From contig NZ_CP017260.1 of the NCBI RefSeq assembly GCF_001735745.1, positions 2,310,001 to 2,342,000 of the forward strand: DNA of 32,000 nucleotides, written 5' to 3'. Below the pieces are notes generated by a model, which ran no database searches, had not been told where the DNA came from, and was given only the letters and a program-made list of their open reading frames with translations. The stretch's first letter is position 1. Each line of letters begins with the position of its first letter. The stretch is from Formosa sp. Hel1_33_131 (lineage in GTDB: Bacteria > Bacteroidota > Bacteroidia > Flavobacteriales > Flavobacteriaceae). A program made the position numbers and the translations under genes. Positions 1 through 10,980 of the stretch are shown piece by piece.

Positions 1-2427
1 CCTAAAAATTTCAACTTAACTTTTAGATCCCCCAACATCCGATTGGAAGATTTTTTTGCAAGCAAAATTGAAGTACAACTCGTCAATGACAACCCTTTGT
101 TTAATTCCTATATTGAGGTTGACAGTCTGGCGACTCCTTATTATAATGCATCAGAATTTAGTTTGATTAATGTAACCTTAAATGATACGCTCTATGTTAA
201 ATCGGAGTTTAAAGGCGGTAAAAATTCGTTAGATGCCTTTGATCTAAATCTGTACTACACCATTGATGAAAACAATAAATCGGTTGTTGGTCTCAAGAAG
301 TCGAATGCTAATTTTAAAAAGACCCCGTGGCTCATAAATGGGGCGCAAAACAAGCAAAACAAAATTATATTTGACAGATCTTTTGAGGAGATTATTGTCG
401 ATAACATAAACATGTCTTACGACAATGAAGACATTCTTTTAAATGCTGCTATTCAGGGGAGTCAAAATAAGGATATCAATCTTGATTTCACGAATGTTGA
501 TTTAGCCAAAGTAACCCCTACAATCAAAAATTTAAAACTCGGGGGTAATCTGAATGGGCAATTAAACATAAGCCAACTAGAAAGCGTCTATCTACCAAAA
601 TCTAGTTTGACTATTGATAATTTGGAAGTTAATGAATTTAATTTAGGATCCTTCAAAGCGGACATTCAAGGCAATCAATCGTTGACCAATTATGATGTCA
701 ATGTATCTTTAAAAGAGGGCGATTTGGAATCGTTATCAGTCGTTGGTTCTTTGGATGTGTCTGGAGAAAATTCAGAGCTCAATCTAGACATCTACTTTAA
801 TAAATTTATTTTAAATCCCTTAAACCCTTTTGGAGATGGGGTGATTACTAAAATTCGTGGCGACGTTTCGGGAATTGCAAACGTTAGTGGTCGTCTAGAA
901 AAACCTCAAATTGAAGGGGTCTTAAGACTCAATAATGGAGGACTAGCGATTCCATATCTGAATGTAGATTATGGCTTTCAAAATAATACAATTGTTAATT
1001 TAAAGGAGCAACGTTTTATTTTTGATAAAGCGTTAATGCTCGATGTCGACTATGAATCTCAAGCGTCTCTAAATGGAAGCATCAGTCATATTAATTTTTC
1101 AAATTGGGCTTTAGATCTTCATATAGATTCGGACCGTTTATTGGTGCTAAACACGGATTTACAAGACGAATCGATCTATTATGGAACTGCTTTTGTAGAT
1201 GGAACGATTGATGTTTCAGGTCCTACAGACCAATTATTTATTGAAGCGAATGTGACTACATCTGAAGGAACGATCTTTAAAATCCCTTTAAGTGACAATG
1301 AAATTTTAGCAGAAAAATCCTACATTCATTTTTTGAGTCCTGAGGAAAAATCGAATCAAAACAGTGGTCAAGCCTTAGTAGTGGATGATATTTCGGGAGT
1401 TGAGATGGAGTTTAATATGGATATAAACGATAATGCCGAAATTGAAATTGTACTCGATAAAGAAACGGGAAGTTCCATTATGGGGCGTGGAAATGGAAGT
1501 ATGTTGGCACAAATAAATACGAAAGGGAAGTTTCAAATGTTTGGAGATTTTATTGTGCTCTCAGGGATTTATAACTTCGCATTTGGGCAAATTATACAAA
1601 AACAATTCAAAGTGGTGAAAGATGGTACACTTGCTTGGAATGGGAACCCTCTGAGTGCCGAAATAAATATCAAAGCCCTTTACGATGGCATTAGCGTCAA
1701 TCCTTCCACATTATTAGATAACCCAATTAATCAAAGCATTCCAACAGAGGTTGAAATTCATTTAACAGGAGAATTAGAGCAACCCGATTTAAACTTTGAC
1801 ATACGATTTCCAAATATCAATTCCACTTTAAATAGTGAGTTAGCCGATCGATTACGCGATAAAGATAAACGTGAATTCCAGGCTTTATCGCTATTGGCAA
1901 CGGGGTCTTTTAGAAGCGAACTGACTTTGGATTCACAAGATGCTTTTGGGCTCGTTTCAGATGGTGTGACCAATATGTTGAACGATTTGTTTTCGGATGA
2001 TGATAATAAAGTCAAATTAGGAATTGATGTCGATTTAGGGGAAACCACTCCTGAGTATGAAACCGACAGTCGGGTAGGGGTCACAATCTCTACAAAGTTG
2101 AGTGATAATATACTTATCAACGGAAAGGTTGGAGTGCCCGTTGGTGGTGTGAGTGAAACCACGGTGGCAGGTGATTTTGAGGTAGAAGTTTTACTGAATG
2201 AAGATCGTACACTGTCTCTTAAATTTTTCAATAGAGAAAACAGCATTCAAAATTTTGGAGAACAAATTGGATATACCCAAGGGGTTGGTATTTCTTATAA
2301 TATTGAATTTGATACCCTAAGGGAATTGTTTGAGGAATTGTTTAAAAATAAAAATAAACAATCCAAACCCGAAAATATCATAGAAGAGCCTGATTCAGGA
2401 CTTCCTAATTATATCGATTTCAAGTAA
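1..2427 (+). CDS. tamB: TamB-like translocation/assembly module protein, C-terminal part (5' end outside window)
   Basis: The frame of ORF 43..2427 stays open back to base 1, with no stop in codons 1-42. The TTG at 43 is therefore probably internal. The protein is long, beta-rich and Asn/Asp/Gly-rich. Its C-terminus (KLSDNILINGKVGVPVGG...LSLKFFNRENS...GVGISYNIEFD) is typical of DUF490/TamB. Confidence 0.7.
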   Translation, partial: PKNFNLTFRSPNIRLEDFFASKIEVQLVNDNPLFNSYIEVDSLATPYYNASEFSLINVTLNDTLYVKSEFKGGKNSLDAFDLNLYYTIDENNKSVVGLKKSNANFKKTPWLINGAQNKQNKIIFDRSFEEIIVDNINMSYDNEDILLNAAIQGSQNKDINLDFTNVDLAKVTPTIKNLKLGGNLNGQLNISQLESVYLPKSSLTIDNLEVNEFNLGSFKADIQGNQSLTNYDVNVSLKEGDLESLSVVGSLDVSGENSELNLDIYFNKFILNPLNPFGDGVITKIRGDVSGIANVSGRLEKPQIEGVLRLNNGGLAIPYLNVDYGFQNNTIVNLKEQRFIFDKALMLDVDYESQASLNGSISHINFSNWALDLHIDSDRLLVLNTDLQDESIYYGTAFVDGTIDVSGPTDQLFIEANVTTSEGTIFKIPLSDNEILAEKSYIHFLSPEEKSNQNSGQALVVDDISGVEMEFNMDINDNAEIEIVLDKETGSSIMGRGNGSMLAQINTKGKFQMFGDFIVLSGIYNFAFGQIIQKQFKVVKDGTLAWNGNPLSAEINIKALYDGISVNPSTLLDNPINQSIPTEVEIHLTGELEQPDLNFDIRFPNINSTLNSELADRLRDKDKREFQALSLLATGSFRSELTLDSQDAFGLVSDGVTNMLNDLFSDDDNKVKLGIDVDLGETTPEYETDSRVGVTISTKLSDNILINGKVGVPVGGVSETTVAGDFEVEVLLNEDRTLSLKFFNRENSIQNFGEQIGYTQGVGISYNIEFDTLRELFEELFKNKNKQSKPENIIEEPDSGLPNYIDFK

Positions 2428-2587
2428 ATCAGCCCATCAAAACCTACTAATAATTAATTTTTTGGCTTTAAAATCAAATAGTTATTAACGAAAACGTTTG
2501 AATTTAAAGAAGAAAAGAAAATTGACTCCTACTTACGTTTTTTTAACTTATAAGTTTATTAATTTTACAACATAAACCATTACAACT

Positions 2588-3574
2588 ATGGAAAATCAGA
2601 TAAAAAAAATTGGTGTATTAACTTCCGGAGGCGATGCCCCTGGGATGAATGCAGCCATACGATCTGTTGCACGTGCCTGTGCCTATCACAACATTGAATG
2701 TGTTGGGATTTACAGAGGCTATGAAGGAATGATAGAAGGTGACTTTAAATCTTTAAATGCACGAAGTGTAAACCATATCATTAACAAAGGAGGTACTTTT
2801 TTAAAGTCTGCGCGTTCTGAAGAATTCAGAACAAAAGAAGGCCGTAAAAAGGCGTATGACCAACTTCAAAAAGAACAAATTGATGCCTTGGTATTAATTG
2901 GTGGAGATGGAACGTTTACGGGTGGTATGATTTTTAATGAAGAATTCAACTTCCCTATTATAGGGATTCCGGGTACTATTGATAACGATATTGTTGGAAC
3001 CAACTATACACTAGGATACGATACAGCACTTAATACTGCGGTAGAAGCAATTGATAAAATTCGAGACACTGCCAGTTCGCATAGACGCTTGTTTTTTGTG
3101 GAGGTTATGGGGCGCGATGTGGGTCATATTGCTTTAAATGCAGGAGTTGGTTCTGGAGCCGAAGAAATTTTGGTCCCTGAGGAAGATTTAGGACTGGATC
3201 GTCTTTTAGAATCTTTAGAAAAAAGTAGACATACAGGGAAATCGTCTAGTATAGTTGTGGTTGCTGAAGGAGATAAAACAGGTAAAAATGTTTTTGAACT
3301 AAGAGATTATGTTGAAGAAAATTTAGAAGGTTACGACGTTCGTGTGTCTGTTTTAGGGCACATGCAACGTGGAGGGTCACCATCCTGTTTCGATAGAGTA
3401 TTGGCCTGTAGAATGGGCGTCAAAGCCGTGGAGTCTTTATTGGAAGGTAAATTCAATTACATGGTTGGGACTGTCAACAATAAATTAGAATTATATCCTA
3501 TTGACAAAGCAGTCAAAGGACATTCAACAATAGATGCTGAGCTTTTAAGAGTTTCAGATATCATGAGTATTTAA
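2588..3574 (+). CDS. pfkA: ATP-dependent 6-phosphofructokinase
   Basis: 328 aa. Contains IGVLTSGGDAPGMNAAIR, LVLIGGDGT, GIPGTIDNDI and MGRDVGHIAL, the classic PfkA motifs. Confidence 0.95.
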   Translation: MENQIKKIGVLTSGGDAPGMNAAIRSVARACAYHNIECVGIYRGYEGMIEGDFKSLNARSVNHIINKGGTFLKSARSEEFRTKEGRKKAYDQLQKEQIDALVLIGGDGTFTGGMIFNEEFNFPIIGIPGTIDNDIVGTNYTLGYDTALNTAVEAIDKIRDTASSHRRLFFVEVMGRDVGHIALNAGVGSGAEEILVPEEDLGLDRLLESLEKSRHTGKSSSIVVVAEGDKTGKNVFELRDYVEENLEGYDVRVSVLGHMQRGGSPSCFDRVLACRMGVKAVESLLEGKFNYMVGTVNNKLELYPIDKAVKGHSTIDAELLRVSDIMSI

Positions 3575-3589
3575 TAACGAATTAATTAA

Positions 3590-4603
<1,014 letters not shown>

Positions 4604-4617
4604 TTTACATAATTTCT

Positions 4618-4748
4618 AAAAAAGAGGATGTCCGAAGAGTAGGAAATCTGTCATTCTGAACCTGCCTGACGGTAGGCAGTTTTATTTCAGAATCTGAAAC
4701 AAGTTCAGATTGACAAAACAAAGTCTTTTTAGACATCCTCTTTTTTTT
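4618..4748. repeat. Composite nested-hairpin REP/MITE-like element that probably also acts as the gap terminator
   Basis: The outer stem is a perfect 15-bp inverted repeat, AAAAAAGAGGATGTC (4618-4632) / GACATCCTCTTTTTT (4732-4746), followed by a T-run. Inner hairpins are ATTCTGAA...TTCAGAAT, CTGCCT-GACGGT-AGGCAG and AATCTGAA-acaag-TTCAGATT. Sequence modules recur at 20846-20975. Confidence 0.6.
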
Positions 4749-4760
4749 AATATTTAGAAT

Positions 4761-5633
4761 ATGATTTTTATAATAGACAGTGGTTCTACAAAATGTGATT
4801 GGATTGCAATAGACTCAGAAACTGGCGCCCCTCTTTTTGAAAAGCAACGTACCAAAGGTTTAAATCCAGCCATTATTTCTGATACAGATGCATTTAATGT
4901 CATCAAGGCAAACGCTATAATTTATGAAAATAAATTAAAAGTTTCTCACATCTATTTTTATGGCGCTGGCTGTGGTACTGAAAAACCAAGCAAGATGCTT
5001 AAAGATGTATTAGAGTCTATTTTTTTAAATGCTGAAGTTGTGGTAGAAGAAGATACCTATGCCGCTATTTATGCAACTGTTGGTGTGGCACACCGTCCCG
5101 CAGTGGTTTGTATTTTAGGAACAGGTTCTAACTGCACCTATTACGATGGTGAAAAAGTTGATCAAAGAGTCACATCACTTGGATATTCAATAATGGACGA
5201 TGCTTCGGGTAATTATTTTGGAAGAAAACTGTTAAGAGATTATTATTTTAATCACATGCCACACGATTTGAAGCTCGTCTTCAAAACACGTTACAATGTC
5301 AATGAAGATGTAATTAAAAATAACCTTTACAAAAAACCGAATCCTAATGCTTATTTAGCAACGTTTGCTGAATTTATGATTCTTAATAAAGAATCTGATT
5401 ATATCCAAAAGGTTATCAAGCAAGGGCTTCGTGAATTTGTAGAAAACATGATTCTACAATACGCGGAAGAAATCAAAACAGTTCCTGTTCACTTTGCAGG
5501 TTCGATTGCTTATTTTACTAAAGACGAAATCAAAGCAGTGGCTCAAGAATACGGATTTACTGTCGGTAATTTTGAAAGACGTCCAATTGAAGGCTTGGTG
5601 AGTTACCATGCAGAAATTGCCAAAAGCTCTTAG
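4761..5633 (+). CDS. BadF/BadG/BcrA/BcrD-type ATPase, N-acetylglucosamine-kinase-like
   Basis: 290 aa. The N-terminal IIDSGSTKCDW phosphate-1 motif and the ILGTGSN motif are typical of ASKHA sugar-kinase-like proteins. It lies just downstream of pfkA-gap. Confidence 0.7.
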   Translation: MIFIIDSGSTKCDWIAIDSETGAPLFEKQRTKGLNPAIISDTDAFNVIKANAIIYENKLKVSHIYFYGAGCGTEKPSKMLKDVLESIFLNAEVVVEEDTYAAIYATVGVAHRPAVVCILGTGSNCTYYDGEKVDQRVTSLGYSIMDDASGNYFGRKLLRDYYFNHMPHDLKLVFKTRYNVNEDVIKNNLYKKPNPNAYLATFAEFMILNKESDYIQKVIKQGLREFVENMILQYAEEIKTVPVHFAGSIAYFTKDEIKAVAQEYGFTVGNFERRPIEGLVSYHAEIAKSS

Positions 5634-5637
5634 GTAA

Positions 5638-6018
5638 TTATTTTATAGCAATCACACTAATTTCTACATTCACAAACTTCGGTAAGTTTGCCACTTCCAC
5701 AGTTTCTCTGGCAGGAGCAGTAGCCTCATTAAAATACTGTGCATAAACGGCATTTATCGCTCCGAAAGAATTCATATCAGATATAAATATAGACGCCTTA
5801 ATGACATTTTCAAAAGTCATATTTGCGGCTTCCAAAACTGCTTTTAGGTTTTTCATAACCTGCGTGGTTTCTACCTCAATTGAATCCATTACCAATTCTC
5901 CCGTTTCTGGATGCAATGCAATTTGCCCTGAAGTATATAAAGTGTTCCCCACTAAAACAGCTTGACTGTAAGGGCCAATAGGCTGCGGTGCTTTGTCTGT
6001 AGTTATAATCGTTTTCAT
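5638..6018 (-). CDS. RidA/YjgF family reactive-intermediate deaminase
   Basis: 126 aa. The APQPIGPYSQAV...ARETVEVANLPKFVNVEI pattern is characteristic of YjgF/UK114/RidA. Confidence 0.85.
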   Translation of the reverse strand: MKTIITTDKAPQPIGPYSQAVLVGNTLYTSGQIALHPETGELVMDSIEVETTQVMKNLKAVLEAANMTFENVIKASIFISDMNSFGAINAVYAQYFNEATAPARETVEVANLPKFVNVEISVIAIK

Positions 6019-6028
6019 GTGTCTTTAT

Positions 6029-8725
6029 TTACAATTGCTTATCAGGTTGTTTTCGCTTTTCGTATTTGATATCTTTCAATATGCTGGATCTAATTCCAAT
6101 AAAGAAATTCCAAGAACTTCGATTGCTAAATGGAATCCAAGAAAAATTCATTCGCCAGCTTTCTAAATCCCGTTCAAAACGCAACTGTGTATATGTAAAA
6201 CCTTTATCCTTAAGGTCATATCCAGAAGACGCTCCGATACTCCATCGTGGCGACAGTTCTATATCTCCTGAAAACATCAACGAATGCGATGAAATCTCAC
6301 TCTGACGCCTCGTATTGCTGTAGTTAACAGCATAGGCAAGTCGTAAACTCCAAGGGAGTTTGTAATTGTAAAGATCCGTTGGTCCTACCTCTTCGGAGGT
6401 ATCCCTGTTATTTATCTGTTGGGCTGCAAAATCTTGCGATTTACCAAACATATCATCCGCACGTCCGCCACTTCGAATAGATTCATCTCTAGCTGCCGCA
6501 TCATTGTTGGAATCATCTCCTTCAAAAGAATCACTAGACAAACTATAGCTCATGGTCATGTTTGCACTGGATAAGCGGAATAAACTACCACCGTTGTTAA
6601 TATTGAACGTGTTGATTTTAGTGTTGTTATTATCTAAGGCATACGGATCTAAAGTTGCTCCAAAATTCAAACTCAATTTATTATCCAATAGCTGTGTTCC
6701 CCCCGAGACCCTTACAGGGCTCCAGTTCAATGAGTCGCCTGCAACATTATAATTTGTAGAGAAATTTAAGGAATTCAATAAAAACACCTTTTTTGCATCT
6801 GTGGCAGTCGTATCCCTGTCACGAACCTTTGCTTCCAAATTATTATTAAGTGATAACCCAACCGAGCTGGAAAAAACTTTCCCAGGCGTTCCACCTAGGG
6901 AACCTTCAAAACGTGTGTAATCGACTTGATCAGTCGTCACACCATCGGCACTTATGACTTCATAAGTTTCGTAATATTGATCAAATGCGGGATTGATATT
7001 ATAGCTAATTGAAGGCCGCATCACATGTCGTATGGCCTGTATTTTTTTATCTTTTCCAAAATCAAACATTCCATAAACGGTGGTTCCTATACTAGTGCTA
7101 AAATTATACGTTCTGAAAGCATCAAACCCTTTTAAGGGAGTTGTGACCACTTCCTCGGTTTCTGTATCATACGATTTATTGATTGTATTGAAGGTCCAGT
7201 TTTCTTTGTAATTAGTGCTGGCGCTCATACTAAAATGTTTAAAAACTTTAAAATTTGTACTCAAAGGAATAGAATGTTGAAACCCTGCTTTGGCTTCGTC
7301 AAACATTGCTCCTGTTAAAAATAAAGAATCTGTCGTTTGAATACTATTTTCTCCACGCACACTGTATTGTAAATTAATATTATGAATCGCCCCTTTTTTA
7401 CTCCCAGTTTTTGGTGCAAAGGGGTAAATTCTGTCGATACTTCCTTGAAATGTTGGCAAGGTCATATTGATGACTTTCGTATTTGTGTTTTGAGAGTGGG
7501 TTGCGGACAAGCTTATATTTACTTGTGGTTCTCCTTGAAATGTTTTGGAATAGGAAACAGAGGACGACAAAGAGTTATTTAAAAAATTTGAAGAATTGAG
7601 CTGATTTACAGATTCTTGAAAATAGGTACTAGAACCTAAGTTTACAGAAGCCGAAAACCGTGAATTTGGACTTGACTTTGAATCTTGACTTTGATTCCAT
7701 CGTAAATTATAGATGGTGCTTTTTGAGTAATCAGGAAATCCTCGTTCGCTATTTATAAGATTTTCATACCGAAAACTTAGAGAACCTCTAAATTTATAAC
7801 GCACGGCATAATTACTTTCAAGGCGAATTCCGTAACTCCCATTCGTATAGTAATCTCCAAGTGCTGCAAGGTCAAAATAATCACTGATCGCAAAATAATA
7901 CCCTCCATTTTGAAGGAAATAACCACGATCGCTTTGCTCTCCAAATGAAGGAAATAACACCCCCGAAGTTCGTGTTTGAGACAGTGGGAAAAAAGCAAAC
8001 GGCAATCCAATAGGAGTGGGGACATCTGCAATAAATAGATTGGTAAGTCCTGTAACTACTTTTTTACCAGGCACAATTTTCGCTTTTCGCAATAAAAAAT
8101 AATATTCTGGATTCTCTTCGTTTTCTGAAGTGGTGAATTTAGCACGCTTTACAAAATAGACAGAGTCATTTTCTTTTTTGGTCAAATTGGAAATAATACG
8201 TCCGCCTTGTTGTTCTGTTTTTGAATTCCAAATCAGTGCTTTTTTTGTTTTCATATTAAAAGCAATTGAATCGGGTTCCACAACATCACTCCCTTGTTTA
8301 AATACAGGATGTTGGCTATAATTCCCCATCGAATCTTTTAAACGTCCAGCATACACAATGTCTTTTCCGTAATCAATAACAATCACTCCCGCTTTGATAT
8401 CCATGTCTTTATATTGGATTTCAGCTTCGTTGTAAAGGTATATTTGTTGTGTTTTTTGATTGACAGAAGTATAGTCTTTGGCTTTATAGGTGACAATCGC
8501 TTCCAATAATTTCTTTGGTTTTGAGAGACTGTCATTGACAATAGAATCTGTTTCGATACGTTTTACTTCCTGAGTAGGAATCGAATCGTTTTTCACTTCC
8601 AACTCCTTAGAAGCAGGAATTTCAGTGGATGGTTTTGGGTTGGGAATATCCTGAGCCATGCCTACACTGTTAGTAAACACTGTAAAACTTAAAGAAAAAA
8701 CTAGTTGAAAGAATCTTGTTTTCAA
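6029..8725 (-). CDS. LptD/OstA-like outer-membrane LPS-assembly protein
   Basis: 898 aa with a signal peptide. An OstA-like N-terminal region (YKAKDYTS...IYLYNEAEIQYKDMDIKAGVIVIDY) precedes a long Ser/Asn/Tyr-rich beta-barrel-like region. Size and layout fit Flavobacteriia LptD homologues. Confidence 0.7.
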   Translation of the reverse strand: MKTRFFQLVFSLSFTVFTNSVGMAQDIPNPKPSTEIPASKELEVKNDSIPTQEVKRIETDSIVNDSLSKPKKLLEAIVTYKAKDYTSVNQKTQQIYLYNEAEIQYKDMDIKAGVIVIDYGKDIVYAGRLKDSMGNYSQHPVFKQGSDVVEPDSIAFNMKTKKALIWNSKTEQQGGRIISNLTKKENDSVYFVKRAKFTTSENEENPEYYFLLRKAKIVPGKKVVTGLTNLFIADVPTPIGLPFAFFPLSQTRTSGVLFPSFGEQSDRGYFLQNGGYYFAISDYFDLAALGDYYTNGSYGIRLESNYAVRYKFRGSLSFRYENLINSERGFPDYSKSTIYNLRWNQSQDSKSSPNSRFSASVNLGSSTYFQESVNQLNSSNFLNNSLSSSVSYSKTFQGEPQVNISLSATHSQNTNTKVINMTLPTFQGSIDRIYPFAPKTGSKKGAIHNINLQYSVRGENSIQTTDSLFLTGAMFDEAKAGFQHSIPLSTNFKVFKHFSMSASTNYKENWTFNTINKSYDTETEEVVTTPLKGFDAFRTYNFSTSIGTTVYGMFDFGKDKKIQAIRHVMRPSISYNINPAFDQYYETYEVISADGVTTDQVDYTRFEGSLGGTPGKVFSSSVGLSLNNNLEAKVRDRDTTATDAKKVFLLNSLNFSTNYNVAGDSLNWSPVRVSGGTQLLDNKLSLNFGATLDPYALDNNNTKINTFNINNGGSLFRLSSANMTMSYSLSSDSFEGDDSNNDAAARDESIRSGGRADDMFGKSQDFAAQQINNRDTSEEVGPTDLYNYKLPWSLRLAYAVNYSNTRRQSEISSHSLMFSGDIELSPRWSIGASSGYDLKDKGFTYTQLRFERDLESWRMNFSWIPFSNRSSWNFFIGIRSSILKDIKYEKRKQPDKQL

Positions 8726-8840
8726 TGCTTTTAAGAGTATTTTTGTATTATATGACTCGATTTTTGAAAAACCAAAGTTACGGATATTTTTTTTTGATTT
8801 TTATATTTTAACCATTCGATTCACAGGCAAATTAATCAAC

Positions 8841-9947
8841 ATGCATAAGCAAATAAAATTCTTTTTAGTATTCCTTTTATTTTTTGGAATATTCAAAGGG
8901 TACTCACAAACAAATAACAAACCCTTTATCGTTGTTTTAGACGCAGGCCACGGAGGTAAAGATCCGGGGAGACCCACTAAATTCGGGTATAAAGAAAAGG
9001 ATATTGCTTTAAAAATTGTGTTAAAAATAGGTGAAAATTTAGAAAAATATAAAAACGTAAAAGTCATCTACACTCGAAAAACGGATGTCTTTATAGAATT
9101 AAGGCAACGCGCAAAGATTGCCAATAAAGCCGATGCTGATTTATTTGTCTCCGTGCATTGCAACGCACACAACTCTCAGGCCTATGGTACCGAAACCTAT
9201 GTTTTGGGACTTGGTAGAAGCGAATCTAACTTTAGAGTTGCCAAGGAAGAAAATGAAGTTATTTTCTACGAAGATGACTATGAAACAAACTATGAAGGTT
9301 TTGATCCAAATTCCCCTGAAACCCTCATCGGGTTGACGCTTATGCAAGAAGATTATTTGGACCAAAGTATTCTGTTGGCTCGTAACATTCAAGACAACTT
9401 TACCAATAGATTAAAACGTAAAAACAGAGGCGTTAAACAAGCGGTTTTTTGGGTGTTACACAACACTTATATGCCAAGTGTTTTAATTGAAACAGGCTTT
9501 ATAACTAATAGAAGTGAAGGAGATTATTTAAACTCTGTTGTAGGAAATAACAATATCTCAAAAAGCATATCGGATGCTATCGTAGATTATAAATCTAATT
9601 TAAATACAGCAATATCGGTAGAGGAGATGGTTGAACCTCCGTTGACAACAGATGTACCTGATAAAATTCCCACATCTATAGATACATCCATAATATTTAA
9701 AGTTCAAATTGCGGCGGGCTCTAAAAAATTAGTCACCAAATCATATAATTTTAAAGGATTAAACCCTATTTCAAGAACCAAGTCTAAAAAAGTTTACCGT
9801 TACTTTTACGGCAATACTTCAAGTTATGAGGAAGTTCTTATGTTAAAAAATGAAGCAATTACCAAAGGATATAAAAGTGCTTATGTTGTAGCCTATAAAA
9901 ACGGTAAAAAGATAGCAGTTAAATCCGCCTTAAAATCTACGGAATAA
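8841..9947 (+). CDS. N-acetylmuramoyl-L-alanine amidase (Amidase_3) with a C-terminal SPOR-like domain
   Basis: 368 aa with a signal peptide. VVLDAGHGGKDPG and FVSVHCNA are Zn-ligand motifs. The C-terminal IFKVQIAAGSKK...YFYG...A.....K..GYKSAYVVAY resembles a SPOR repeat. Confidence 0.85.
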   Translation: MHKQIKFFLVFLLFFGIFKGYSQTNNKPFIVVLDAGHGGKDPGRPTKFGYKEKDIALKIVLKIGENLEKYKNVKVIYTRKTDVFIELRQRAKIANKADADLFVSVHCNAHNSQAYGTETYVLGLGRSESNFRVAKEENEVIFYEDDYETNYEGFDPNSPETLIGLTLMQEDYLDQSILLARNIQDNFTNRLKRKNRGVKQAVFWVLHNTYMPSVLIETGFITNRSEGDYLNSVVGNNNISKSISDAIVDYKSNLNTAISVEEMVEPPLTTDVPDKIPTSIDTSIIFKVQIAAGSKKLVTKSYNFKGLNPISRTKSKKVYRYFYGNTSSYEEVLMLKNEAITKGYKSAYVVAYKNGKKIAVKSALKSTE

Positions 9948-10003
9948 TAGACCCTATTATTTCAATATTATTCATAAATTTGTAAGAAGAAAAAACTATC
10001 ATA

Positions 10004-10966
10004 TTGAAATTATCTAAGGAAATTAAAACGGCTATTTTAGTCATCTCAGGAATATTACTTTTTGTATTTATTTTTTACTATTTAAAAGGTGAGAACATAC
10101 TTGATAACTCTAAAAAAATCACTGCAATTTATGACAATGTTGAAGGACTGGCGCCATCTGCTGCGGTTACCATTAATGGTCATAAAATAGGGAAAGTGCA
10201 ATCGATAGATTTTACAAACGATCGCTCTGGAAAATTAAACGTTAATATGCTTATTGACAGTGACTTCGAATTTTCAAAAAACAGTACAGCTCAACTTTAC
10301 GAAGCGGGTCTTATTGGTGGGAAAGCCATTGCAATCATTCCTGCATTTGATGGGGCACCATCCATAGAATCTGGAGACATTCTAAATTCTGATGTAAAAC
10401 CAGGACTCACGGATTTGGTCAATCAACGGTTGACACCATTGCAAGAAAAAATGGAAACCATGATGGTCAGTGCAGATTTATTATTGGTGAATCTCAACAC
10501 ACTTTTTGACACACAAACCAAAAATAACATAAAATCAAGCATCGCTGAACTAAGCACAACAATTGCCTCTTTCAAATCCACTTCTGAATCCTTGAACGGT
10601 TTAGTAGTTGATAATACATCAGCGATTGGAGAAACGATCACAAATTTCAATAAAATATCGGAGGATTTAACAACCCTAAGTACTTCATTGGCAGCGGCTG
10701 ATTTAGACACCATCATGGTAAATTTAAAGTCTACGATTTCTAGTTTCGATCAATTATTGACAAGTATCGAAAATGGAGAAGGATCAGTTGGAAAGCTCAT
10801 GAAAGATGATGCAGTCTATAACAACCTTGAAGGGGCGACCAAACAATTGGAAGAACTTTTAGAAGATATGAAGTTAAATCCGAAGCGTTATGTGCATTTT
10901 TCTCTATTTGGGAAAAAAGCCAAACAATACGATTCTGAAGGGAATGAAATAAAGACTAAAAAATAA
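10004..10966 (+). CDS. MlaD/MCE-domain protein
   Basis: 320 aa with a TTG start. It has one N-terminal TM helix, an MCE-like core (VEGLAPSAAVTINGHKIGKV) and a long helical C-terminus. It is the first gene of a tightly packed plus-strand block, 10004-14045. Confidence 0.7.
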   Translation: MKLSKEIKTAILVISGILLFVFIFYYLKGENILDNSKKITAIYDNVEGLAPSAAVTINGHKIGKVQSIDFTNDRSGKLNVNMLIDSDFEFSKNSTAQLYEAGLIGGKAIAIIPAFDGAPSIESGDILNSDVKPGLTDLVNQRLTPLQEKMETMMVSADLLLVNLNTLFDTQTKNNIKSSIAELSTTIASFKSTSESLNGLVVDNTSAIGETITNFNKISEDLTTLSTSLAAADLDTIMVNLKSTISSFDQLLTSIENGEGSVGKLMKDDAVYNNLEGATKQLEELLEDMKLNPKRYVHFSLFGKKAKQYDSEGNEIKTKK

Positions 10967-10980
10967 CAAAAATTAACCAA

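Noticed and set aside
1758-2246. A 162-aa minus-strand ORF antisense to tamB. Similar antisense or shadow ORFs occur at 4183-4428, 6066-6305, 6552-6752, 7382-7582, 7777-8031, 8801-9067, 9118-9392, 10423-10716, 11361-11561, 12746-12958, 13269-13532, 16584-16904, 17262-17462, 18199-19586, 21743-22566, 24709-24942, 27407-27673 and 30368-30878
   Set aside because: Each lies fully inside, or overlaps, a strongly supported gene on the other strand or in another frame. Their composition is low-complexity (Ser/Leu/Phe-rich) with no recognisable motifs. This is typical of shadow ORFs.
2489-2544. AAAACGT...ACGTTTT inverted repeat followed by a T-run after tamB, considered as a terminator
   Set aside because: The 7-bp AT-rich stem has a 37-nt loop, too weak and open for a confident intrinsic-terminator call.
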